Origin: Octopus vulgaris
Taxonomy: Eukaryota
DNA: 64,000 bases
Assembly (NCBI GenBank): GCA_951406725.2
Contig: OX597814.1
Location: 159,030,001-159,094,000 of the forward strand
Direction of reading: 5' to 3'
Of this stretch, positions 58,644-64,000 are shown piece by piece. Under the pieces are notes generated by a model. The model was not told the DNA's origin. It was given only the letters and a program-made list of their open reading frames with translations, and made no database searches. Positions within the stretch are counted from its first letter, which is position 1. Each line of letters opens with the position of its first letter. Position numbers and translations under genes: made by a program.

Positions 58644-61600
58644 CTGTGTGTGCGCTTTTATGAGATTAAACCGTCGACCAGAGTGGTGCTTCAAAAGACT
58701 AAGATTTTCACTAGTAGGACTGATGTGGTTAATTTTTCTCTTAAACGGGTAAAAAAAGACAGTGTCAGATAACCTCTATGCAGTCAATTTTTTTGAAAGG
58801 TCGGCATTCAAGGATGTAGGATTCGTTGAAATGGCTTTTACTGAACCCAAGAAAATATGAGTGCTGAGAAGCATAGATGTGCAGAAATAACAATATGGAG
58901 TGCTTCGCTGCGTTTGGATAGAATATGACGAAACATAGATCGCACAAGTAACTATAAAAAATGTAATAAATCAGGACGTACGAGGTCAGAATTTGGATCT
59001 TTTCGTGCACGACTTCAAACAATTCAATAGAGTATATATTTTAGATAAACCCTTTGATATTTCTGAGTTTAAAGATAACACGCACCATGGTGCTAGAGTT
59101 GTACTGAATTATGGGACTCAGTTTTATAAAATGGTTGCTGGTGAATAAAGATGAATTGGTCTTCATCTTCTAACCTCGAAGGTCAAAAACCAATCTTTGT
59201 CATGTAGGCGTCGGTTTGTTGAGGATAGGTTTGTTTGCCAAGTAGTTGCAGTGACGGTGTGGTCTAGCATTTCTAGTAACTTTGAGAGTTCTAGTTATGT
59301 TATAGTAGGATGTGGGTATTTTCTTTAGGTAGTGTCTTTGTCATGTTGAACAAGAGGAATATAGCATGTTCTTATGGGTAGATTATATAAGTATTTGTTT
59401 TGTGGGAAGTAGAAATTTTTCAGACGAGCAGTATAGATTTCATGTAGAATGCTACGTTCAGAATGTCGGGAAATAATGAAAAGCAGTTTTATATGTATAA
59501 GAGAAGGTTTTATCGGATCAGAGATAAAGACACTTATGTCTTTATAGTATATTAAGATGAATATAAAAGCGAATTCCTGAGAGATTACCAGTTTATATTG
59601 ACTATTAGACGGAATTCTAAGACATTTCACCTACAAGATTACGGGCTAGACACAGTCGAATGAATGTGTTGGTGTGAGTGCGTATGTGTATGTATTAGCA
59701 TGGCTGCATGTGTGAGTGTGTCTGTGTGAGTGTGTCTGTGTGAGCGTGAGTGTGTGTATGTGAGTCTATGTGTATATGTGTTTGTGCCTGTATGTGGGTG
59801 TGTTTGCGTTGGTGTCTCTATGTATATAAATGTAGTGTAGATAGAGTATTCTGGTGCTAGATACGCTCATTTTGATGTTGATATAATAATTCATGATTTA
59901 AAACAATGACTTCAAAGGAAAAAAACATTCTAATTGATTCACTACACGTAATCCAACTAAATGTTCAATATACAGTAGAAAATGTCCGTGATTTATTACA
60001 GTCAAGATTTTCGTCTACTAGGTGATTCAGAAATAATCTGTTATTTCGAACATAAATATGAAAACGAAATGAAGCAATAAGATACTTATCAAAAGCAGAA
60101 AAGCGAAGGAACAGACACCAGACATGAGTTAGAAACATACGAATTATCCAAAGATTATATATTGCATCAAGAAAAAGAACAAAGCAAATTAAAGGCTATG
60201 CATACATAGTCGCTTTGGAAGTCAGAATTACTAAATGTCATGTTAACAGGAAAATAAGAGCGAATTTCTGAGATTAAAGCAGGGTTCATTGACTATGAGG
60301 TATAGAATTCTAAGATATTTCGATGCGCCAAGATACAGCTTCTATACGGTAGTTTCGCCAACAGATTTGCGAGCTAGACAGTCAAATGTATGGGTGTGTA
60401 TATGTTTTGGTGTGTGTGTGTATGTATGGGTGTGCGTGTGAGTGTGTGTGTGTGTGTGTACTCACAGTATTCTGACACTAGATGTGCGTAATTTGATGTT
60501 GATATAATAATTCATAATTTACGATGTTGACTTCAAACTGTAATACGTTGTGATTGATTCACAACACGTAATCCAACTAAATATTCAATATACTGTATAA
60601 AATGTCCTAGACCACATTACAGTCAAGATTTTCGTCTACTAGGTGATTCAGCAATAATCTCTTATTTCGAACATAAATATGAAAACGAAATGAAGCAATA
60701 AGATACTTATCAAAAGCAGACAAACGAGGGAACTGACACCAGACATGAGTTAGAAACATACGAATTATCCAAAGATTATATATTGCACCAAGAAAAAGAA
60801 CAAAGCAAATTAAAAGCTATGCATACATAGTCGCTTTGGAGGTCCGAATTACTAAATGTCATGTACGTTAAATATAAATATACAGATATGCTCTAGATGT
60901 TGCATATCATTCCCCCCATGATCATGTAGCACAGTTGGGATGCTGTAACTACATGTACTTTATTTTAAATTATATTTACATATTTCACGTGTGAACAGTG
61001 AAGCCAAACACTGAAAGCGATCAAAATCATTCTCAAATAGACTCACCAACTGTAGATTCAATTTCAGATGGTTTTTCTGAACGAAATAAAAATTATAGTA
61101 CAATAAGTACATAGGTGAAATAATTTGTACACAAACACACATTCGTGTCTAAAATTTTATAAATGCTTACGCATGTTATTGTAGGTTATTGCATCTTAAA
61201 TATGCCTTTGTTATATTGATATTTCATTTACAAACTTTACATCTCACTAAGTTTAACTGAAGCATATTTACCGGTTTTATTTACTCTTTTACAAATACTA
61301 CAAATTTATTTGAACCAGAAATATTTCCTAACAATAAATTCAAAATTGCAAAGGGAAACTTATCAGTATGTGCTTACCAATTCGGGATTCGGTTTCTTGA
61401 ATAATTTCTGTGGAATTAACAATACCAGGTTTTAGCTTTTGTCTTTATCAATTAGTAAAATGAACAAAGCTTTGCTCTCAATATATACAATTAAATCTAC
61501 ACGGAGATATTCGTCACGAAACTTCTATAGAAATTATTCTATTTTTGCATACTATGCAGAACATGATTTAATAATAAATATTTTAAAAGCAAATATGTCT

Positions 61601-63320
61601 TACATATTAGTTCATAGCTAGGCAAATTATATATTGAATCTTCATTTGAATAAATGTAGTAGCTAAATATATGACGAATGACATACTTATATATTTTCAT
61701 TAAAACTACTTAGGAAACACTTACCAACTGTGGCGTCGACCTCAGTAGGTTGTTCTGAACATAAAATAAAAAGATTGTGACAATAGAGAACTAACCTCCA
61801 ATACAATGAAAACACAAATATATGTAATAAAAATTTTTTCATGATCGTTTAACTACACTATATTTCGGGAAATAGCTCAATTATTTAACATGCTTGCATG
61901 TTATGTTTATCCATGTATCTTATACATAGATAGAGAGGGAGAGAAAGAGACAGAGAGTGATGATGATGATCATCATCATCATTATCATCCCGATGATCAT
62001 GATGATTTCCTCATCTTGTCAGATGTTAGCCCTCTCACATTCAGCTTAATTCTGCTGTTTTACTTTCATCCTTGCTTATGCACGAAGATTTCCTTACCAC
62101 ACAACTTTATAAATTACAAAACGAATCAATGAATTAAATAATAGCTAGACATCGGTACCCCACTGGATGTAAGTGACGACACCTTGAACCACACATTTCC
62201 CACTCACTCGGCCGCCATAGTAGGTTCCAGTGCTAAGCGTTGCATGATGACAAGTACTATTTCGACAGCAAGTTTTACGTCAGTTTCTTTCTCCTAGAAG
62301 AGCTGCCTTCCCCCGCAGGTTAGTCAGAAATAACAAGAGATTTCTCTACTCCACGTAAAATGTATTTAACACGCAGATGGGACGACCCTAACAGGCATTA
62401 GCGGTCCGGATAAGAACGGATGCAGTCATCGGGTGCTTTTTAAATGCAGCAACCGCGCGCGCACACACACACTCACACACAAACGCATAAACGAAAGTGT
62501 ATAACATAGAATTTCTTATCTATTGTATAAATTTCTAATGTAGAAAATTGCTCACCTCTGGGACGCTCTTCCTGCGTCACAATATCTGTGAAATTAATGA
62601 TATAATATTGCAATTTCATATCATTATTTGCGAATATAAAGTTAACAAGAATATTTAAATTAATGGATAACTGAGAATCCTTAAAATCATTACCAATTAA
62701 ATATAAACGTAAGCTTTGAAAGAAGTGACTCTTCCTTTCAATTCGAGTGAAAAAATTTAACATTTCAAATACACATACCCTTTATAATTACATAAAAGCA
62801 TTCATCTCAAACATTGTATTTTCGTAAGATCAGATATTATGAAAACAGCAACGTTAATATCAAACACTAGCGTAAATCAATTAGACATTACTCTGGGCAT
62901 ATTGCACACTATATTTGATACATAACACAGAAATGCCAAAATATCTAAAACAATTACCCATTATAATATATATTATATCCTTATGCAATAAGAGCCCTAC
63001 ACTTTTCCTTAGAATATGTACTGTTACGATAACATTTACATTGTTATATTCTCCACAAAATACTTATATGACAAAAAAAATAGGAAACTTTTTCCTTAAC
63101 TTCAATTTTGTTAAAGGAACGGTAATATATCGTCTAACCTATCATATACAAAACACAGTCCTTAAATGTATCATAGAAAGGTCCAAAATATATAATTTTC
63201 ATTAGCAACATAGAATATAACAGAAACACTACACAAGAAGATATGAAAATATATAAACGTAATCACGTGAGAATAAATTATCTCACTCACCAGCTGTAGA
63301 TTCCACCTCCGAACGTGTTT
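250..63320 (-). CDS. Internal part of a large microexon-built gene: 65 intact phase-1 exons (about 1938 nt, 646 aa) encoding acidic E/T/S/V/R 10-aa repeats; start and stop lie outside the window
   Basis: Recurrent plus-strand pattern ctcac/cttac + 30 nt + ct, i.e. minus-strand AG-[30 nt]-GT(A/G)AG. All exons read open in the same phase and show synonymous divergence while flanking introns diverge. Confidence 0.9.
614..643 (-). pseudogene. microexon [10 protein letters not shown] with donor mutated GT>GG
   Basis: gcttccctg here versus gcttacctg in the paralogs at 8481 and 11682. Confidence 0.75.
2394..2423 (-). CDS. microexon [10 protein letters not shown] (A)
   Basis: ttcag acceptor, 30 nt, GTGAGT donor. 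Confidence 0.85.
2785..2814 (-). CDS. microexon [10 protein letters not shown] (B)
   Basis: tttcacag acceptor, 30 nt, GTAAG donor. Confidence 0.85.
   Translation of the reverse strand, partial: KLSEKPKLA
3170..3199 (-). CDS. microexon [10 protein letters not shown] (A)
   Basis: ttcag acceptor, 30 nt, GTAAGT donor. Confidence 0.85.
3595..3624 (-). CDS. microexon [10 protein letters not shown] (B)
   Basis: tttcacag acceptor, 30 nt, GTGAG donor. Confidence 0.85.
4174..4203 (-). CDS. microexon [10 protein letters not shown] (A)
   Basis: AG, 30 nt, GTGAGT. Confidence 0.85.
4538..4567 (-). pseudogene. microexon [10 protein letters not shown] with donor mutated GT>GG
   Basis: Same donor substitution as at 614. 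Confidence 0.75.
6355..6384 (-). CDS. microexon [10 protein letters not shown] (A)
   Basis: AG, 30 nt, GTGAGT. Confidence 0.85.
6729..6758 (-). CDS. microexon [10 protein letters not shown] (B)
   Basis: AG, 30 nt, GTAAG. Confidence 0.85.
   Translation of the reverse strand, partial: KLSEKPKLA
7116..7145 (-). CDS. microexon [10 protein letters not shown] (A)
   Basis: AG, 30 nt, GTAAGT. Confidence 0.85.
7541..7570 (-). CDS. microexon [10 protein letters not shown] (B)
   Basis: AG, 30 nt, GTGAG. Confidence 0.85.
8120..8149 (-). CDS. microexon [10 protein letters not shown] (A)
   Basis: AG, 30 nt, GTGAGT. Confidence 0.85.
8481..8510 (-). CDS. microexon [10 protein letters not shown] (B)
   Basis: AG, 30 nt, GTAAG (donor intact). 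Confidence 0.85.
9554..9583 (-). CDS. microexon [10 protein letters not shown] (A)
   Basis: AG, 30 nt, GTGAGT. Confidence 0.85.
9929..9958 (-). CDS. microexon [10 protein letters not shown] (B)
   Basis: AG, 30 nt, GTAAG. Confidence 0.85.
   Translation of the reverse strand, partial: KLSEKPKLA
10316..10345 (-). CDS. microexon [10 protein letters not shown] (A)
   Basis: AG, 30 nt, GTAAGT. Confidence 0.85.
10742..10771 (-). CDS. microexon [10 protein letters not shown] (B)
   Basis: AG, 30 nt, GTGAG. Confidence 0.85.
11321..11350 (-). CDS. microexon [10 protein letters not shown] (A)
   Basis: AG, 30 nt, GTGAGT. Confidence 0.85.
11682..11711 (-). CDS. microexon [10 protein letters not shown] (B)
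   Basis: AG, 30 nt, GTAAG. Confidence 0.85.
12723..12752 (-). CDS. microexon [10 protein letters not shown] (A)
   Basis: AG, 30 nt, GTGAGT. Confidence 0.85.
13113..13142 (-). CDS. microexon [10 protein letters not shown] (B)
   Basis: AG, 30 nt, GTAAG. Confidence 0.85.
   Translation of the reverse strand, partial: KLSEKPKLA
13498..13527 (-). CDS. microexon [10 protein letters not shown] (A)
   Basis: AG, 30 nt, GTAAGT. Confidence 0.85.
13925..13954 (-). CDS. microexon [10 protein letters not shown] (B)
   Basis: AG, 30 nt, GTGAG. Confidence 0.85.
14796..14825 (-). CDS. microexon [10 protein letters not shown] (A)
   Basis: AG, 30 nt, GTGAGT. Confidence 0.85.
15116..15145 (-). CDS. microexon (E/K)VVTEKVTRT (B)
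   Basis: AG, 30 nt, GTAAG. Confidence 0.85.
17145..17174 (-). CDS. microexon [10 protein letters not shown] (divergent A, ends in A not G)
   Basis: actag acceptor, 30 nt, GTGAGT donor. Confidence 0.65.
17491..17506 (-). pseudogene. remnant of an [10 protein letters not shown]-type exon truncated at a LINE fragment
   Basis: cttatttgtacgagct resembles cttacctgtacgagtt at the expected spacing; donor reads AT. Confidence 0.55.
17505..17720 (-). mobile_element. decayed RTE-like non-LTR retrotransposon, 3' ORF fragment
   Basis: Minus strand encodes [20 protein letters not shown] then (frameshift) ALFYGQ, matching the LRW.GHV.RM motif C-terminal to RTE-type RT. Confidence 0.7.
18758..18787 (-). 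CDS. microexon [10 protein letters not shown] (A)
   Basis: AG, 30 nt, GTGAGT; synonymous codon variants. Confidence 0.85.
19152..19181 (-). CDS. microexon [10 protein letters not shown] (B)
   Basis: AG, 30 nt, GTAAG. Confidence 0.85.
   Translation of the reverse strand, partial: KLFKKPNLA
19525..19554 (-). CDS. microexon [10 protein letters not shown] (A)
   Basis: AG, 30 nt, GTAAGT. Confidence 0.85.
19996..20025 (-). CDS. microexon [10 protein letters not shown] (B)
   Basis: AG, 30 nt, GTGAG. Confidence 0.85.
20775..20804 (-). CDS. microexon [10 protein letters not shown] (A)
   Basis: ttatag acceptor, 30 nt, GTGAGT. Confidence 0.85.
21105..21134 (-). CDS. microexon [10 protein letters not shown] (B)
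   Basis: AG, 30 nt, GTAAGT. Confidence 0.85.
22745..22774 (-). CDS. microexon [10 protein letters not shown] (A)
   Basis: AG, 30 nt, GTGAGT. Confidence 0.85.
23508..23537 (-). CDS. microexon [10 protein letters not shown] (B)
   Basis: AG, 30 nt, GTAAG. Confidence 0.85.
24063..24580 (-). mobile_element. decayed CR1/L2-like LINE ORF2 fragment (between endonuclease and RT)
   Basis: Minus strand pieces: [48 protein letters not shown]. Confidence 0.7.
25547..25576 (-). CDS. microexon [10 protein letters not shown] (A)
   Basis: AG, 30 nt, GTGAGT. Confidence 0.8.
25876..25905 (-). pseudogene. decayed B-type microexon ([10 protein letters not shown], from EIIxETESRI), donor TT
   Basis: cttaa + 30 nt + ctatgaaatt at the expected distance from the 25547 exon. 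Confidence 0.55.
27665..27694 (-). CDS. microexon [10 protein letters not shown] (A)
   Basis: AG, 30 nt, GTGAGT. Confidence 0.85.
28602..28631 (-). CDS. microexon [10 protein letters not shown] (B variant)
   Basis: AG, 30 nt, GTAAG. Confidence 0.85.
28928..28951 (-). CDS. 24-nt microexon DRPYAETI
   Basis: catctag acceptor, 24 nt, GTGAGT; paralog at 48134. Confidence 0.8.
29743..29772 (-). CDS. microexon [10 protein letters not shown]
   Basis: ttaacag acceptor, 30 nt, GTAAG; paralog at 48485. Confidence 0.8.
30878..31042 (+). repeat. polypurine (GAA/GGA)n low-complexity tract
   Basis: Seen directly. Confidence 0.85.
31686..31715 (-). CDS. microexon [10 protein letters not shown] (A)
   Basis: AG, 30 nt, GTGAGT. 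Confidence 0.85.
32015..32044 (-). CDS. microexon [10 protein letters not shown] (B)
   Basis: AG, 30 nt, GTAAG. Confidence 0.85.
35008..35037 (-). CDS. microexon [10 protein letters not shown] (A)
   Basis: AG, 30 nt, GTGAGT. Confidence 0.85.
35396..35425 (-). CDS. microexon [10 protein letters not shown] (B)
   Basis: AG, 30 nt, GTAAG. Confidence 0.85.
   Translation of the reverse strand, partial: RLLQKPNLA
35792..35896. mobile_element. about 105-bp mariner-type MITE
   Basis: Imperfect 28-bp TIRs cgaggggtgtatgaaaggttttgagcct / aggctcaagacttttcatacatccttcg, TA on the right flank; absent from the paralogous intron near 53140. Confidence 0.7.
36152..36181 (-). CDS. microexon [10 protein letters not shown] (A), weak GTGTGT donor
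   Basis: cttag acceptor, 30 nt, GTGTGT. Confidence 0.7.
36594..36623 (-). CDS. microexon [10 protein letters not shown] (B)
   Basis: tttcgcag acceptor, 30 nt, GTGAG. Confidence 0.85.
37165..37194 (-). CDS. microexon [10 protein letters not shown] (A)
   Basis: AG, 30 nt, GTGAGT. Confidence 0.85.
37689..37713 (-). pseudogene. EIVTEKVTR exon whose donor was removed by a deletion of about 30 bp
   Basis: Comparison with the intact paralog region 56240-56317. Confidence 0.75.
38540..39260 (-). mobile_element. highly decayed retroelement fragment, similar to 58660-59640 (Penelope-like?)
   Basis: Shares words with the element in the paralogous intron; family call weak. Confidence 0.35.
39954..39983 (-). 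CDS. microexon [10 protein letters not shown] (A)
   Basis: AG, 30 nt, GTGAGT. Confidence 0.85.
40254..40283 (-). CDS. microexon [10 protein letters not shown] (B)
   Basis: AG, 30 nt, GTAAG. Confidence 0.85.
   Translation of the reverse strand, partial: KVLKKRNLE
40600..40629 (-). CDS. microexon [10 protein letters not shown] (A)
   Basis: AG, 30 nt, GTAAGT. Confidence 0.85.
40929..40965 (-). pseudogene. possible remnant of a D(I/V)VxQxERP-type exon
   Basis: ttgct...gcaacatctgaaaaattaataag resembles ttgctcac...acaacatctgtgaaattaat at the expected position. Confidence 0.4.
41702..41731 (-). CDS. microexon [10 protein letters not shown] (divergent A)
   Basis: gattag acceptor, 30 nt, GTGAGT. 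Confidence 0.7.
41896..42286 (+). mobile_element. tRNA-derived SINE nested in the mariner
   Basis: Pol III A box TGGCCCAGTGG and B box GGTTTCGATTCC, about 390 bp, simple-repeat tail. Confidence 0.8.
42364..43260 (+). pseudogene. frameshifted mariner transposase
   Basis: ORF pieces 42862-43056 (SAGKVM) and 43005-43244 (DNA..H, YSPDL.P.D). Confidence 0.85.
45327..45356 (-). CDS. microexon [10 protein letters not shown] (divergent A)
   Basis: catcag acceptor, 30 nt, GTGAGT; several non-synonymous changes. Confidence 0.6.
45895..45924 (-). pseudogene. decayed B microexon with in-frame TAG (EIV*KYITRI)
   Basis: ctgtag acceptor, 30 nt, weak T|GTAAAA donor. Confidence 0.6.
46750..46779 (-). CDS. 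microexon [10 protein letters not shown] (A)
   Basis: ttcccccag acceptor, 30 nt, GTGAGT; paralog of 27665. Confidence 0.75.
47776..47805 (-). CDS. microexon [10 protein letters not shown]
   Basis: AG, 30 nt, GTAAG; paralog of 28602. Confidence 0.8.
48134..48157 (-). CDS. 24-nt microexon DRPHAETI
   Basis: AG, 24 nt, GTGAGT. Confidence 0.8.
48485..48514 (-). CDS. microexon [10 protein letters not shown]
   Basis: AG, 30 nt, GTAAG. Confidence 0.8.
48812..49058 (-). mobile_element. 5'-truncated SINE-like insertion
   Basis: GC-richer 250-bp block absent from the paralogous intron (about 30030-30070); SINE identity inferred. Confidence 0.5.
50359..50406 (-). ncRNA. minimal type-I hammerhead ribozyme-like motif (variant core)
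   Basis: GUCU-CCGAUGA-A-GGGAUAU(AAAAA)AUAUCCC-G-GAAA-CAGCUG-UA-AGAC. Confidence 0.5.
50898..50909 (-). pseudogene. remnant of the [10 protein letters not shown] exon (18-nt deletion, donor CT)
   Basis: gattcagcaactgaagtttctagt versus gactcaccaactgaagtttcaacctcaggacgtgtttctagt at 31679. Confidence 0.75.
52496..52525 (-). CDS. microexon [10 protein letters not shown] (A)
   Basis: AG, 30 nt, GTGAGT. Confidence 0.85.
52864..52893 (-). CDS. microexon [10 protein letters not shown] (B)
   Basis: AG, 30 nt, GTAAG. Confidence 0.85.
   Translation of the reverse strand, partial: KLLQRPNLA
53424..53453 (-). CDS. microexon [10 protein letters not shown] (A)
   Basis: AG, 30 nt, GTAAGT. Confidence 0.85.
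53833..53862 (-). CDS. microexon [10 protein letters not shown] (B)
   Basis: AG, 30 nt, GTGAG. Confidence 0.85.
54581..54610 (-). CDS. microexon [10 protein letters not shown] (A)
   Basis: AG, 30 nt, GTGAGT. Confidence 0.85.
54974..55727. mobile_element. foldback/MITE-like element with imperfect inverted arms of about 240 bp and internal subrepeats
   Basis: aggagtcttttaaaagtattta...aagattttcaaaagtaaagtat mirrored by atactttacttttgaaaatctt...taaatacttttaaaagactcct; flanked by (TA)n. Confidence 0.75.
56288..56317 (-). CDS. microexon [10 protein letters not shown] (B)
   Basis: ttccacag acceptor, 30 nt, GTATG donor. Confidence 0.85.
56566..56802. mobile_element. small inverted-repeat element (MITE-like)
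   Basis: tatatatctgggcat ... atgccagatatata imperfect inverted arms. Confidence 0.4.
57533..57585 (+). ncRNA. degenerate hammerhead-like core followed by AATAAA (Penelope-type terminus?)
   Basis: CUGAAGA-GACCC(AGAAC)GGGUC-GAAA-CAUG-UG. Confidence 0.4.
58660..59640 (-). mobile_element. decayed Penelope-like (GIY-YIG) retroelement fragment
   Basis: Minus-strand remnants YPQTNRRLHD and ESYILECRP resemble GIY-YIG motifs; many stops. Confidence 0.45.
59560..60870. repeat. local tandem duplication, about 650-700 bp unit
   Basis: 59850-60245 is repeated at 60465-60865. Confidence 0.85.
61047..61076 (-). CDS. microexon [10 protein letters not shown] (A)
   Basis: AG, 30 nt, GTGAGT; identical to the 39954 exon. 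Confidence 0.85.
61378..61407 (-). CDS. microexon [10 protein letters not shown] (B)
   Basis: AG, 30 nt, GTAAG. Confidence 0.85.
61725..61754 (-). CDS. microexon [10 protein letters not shown] (A)
   Basis: AG, 30 nt, GTAAGT. Confidence 0.85.
62556..62585 (-). CDS. microexon [10 protein letters not shown] (B)
   Basis: AG, 30 nt, GTGAG. Confidence 0.85.
63291..63320 (-). CDS. microexon [10 protein letters not shown] (A)
   Basis: AG, 30 nt, GTGAGT. Confidence 0.85.
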
Positions 63321-63418
63321 CTAGTGAAAGATAAATGTAAAATGCGTCTATGTACTGACTATGCAGACATTGGTAAAGACATATATACTAAATATTTTCA
63401 GACGTACACTCTTTACAA

Positions 63419-63752
<334 letters not shown>

Positions 63753-64000
63753 TGAAAGAAACAAATTACATAGACGGTATTTATATTCTTTCAATCCATT
63801 TCAAATTGTGGAAATTCTCTACAATATACATAGATGCATTCGCATATATAAAACATAGTAAAAATTCATAAGAATTTATAAATATATAAAAATGTATACA
63901 TATATAAAAATTTATAATCATATAAAATATAAATACACGGATGTACTTGCGAGGCAGAATGTCCGTATTAGAATCAATGAGGGGGGTAGATGAGAAAGTT

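Noticed and set aside
245-63330. Recurring ctcaccaactgtagattc... motif as a CRISPR array or recombination cassette sites
   Set aside because: Spacing is 0.3-5 kb, there are no cas or recombinase genes, the context is eukaryotic, and the motif is explained by splice sites plus codon-patterned conservation.

Overview
AT-rich eukaryotic (metazoan) genomic DNA with many microsatellites and decayed transposons; the style suggests a mollusc such as octopus, but that is inference. Apart from two short pieces of a decayed mariner transposase, no ORF in the supplied track looks like a real gene. The whole window is instead the interior of one minus-strand gene built from very short symmetric exons. 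I count 65 microexons with intact AG/GT splice sites (63 x 30 nt and 2 x 24 nt, all phase 1-1) plus about 8 decayed ones. Spliced together they give a stop-free frame of about 646 aa of acidic E/T/S/V-rich 10-aa modules. These alternate between an A type ([30 protein letters not shown]) and a B type ([30 protein letters not shown]). The modules nest into a 20-aa pair, a 60-aa six-exon unit (four recent 3.2-3.9 kb genomic copies at 1-14270) and an older 19-21 kb duplication marked by a unique Trp/Tyr exon triplet. Neither gene end is in the window, so identity is unknown; a giant titin/PEVK-like linker is only a hypothesis. Introns carry a mariner with a nested tRNA-SINE, CR1-, RTE- and Penelope-like fragments, MITEs, a foldback element and two hammerhead-like motifs. 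All coordinates were counted by eye.
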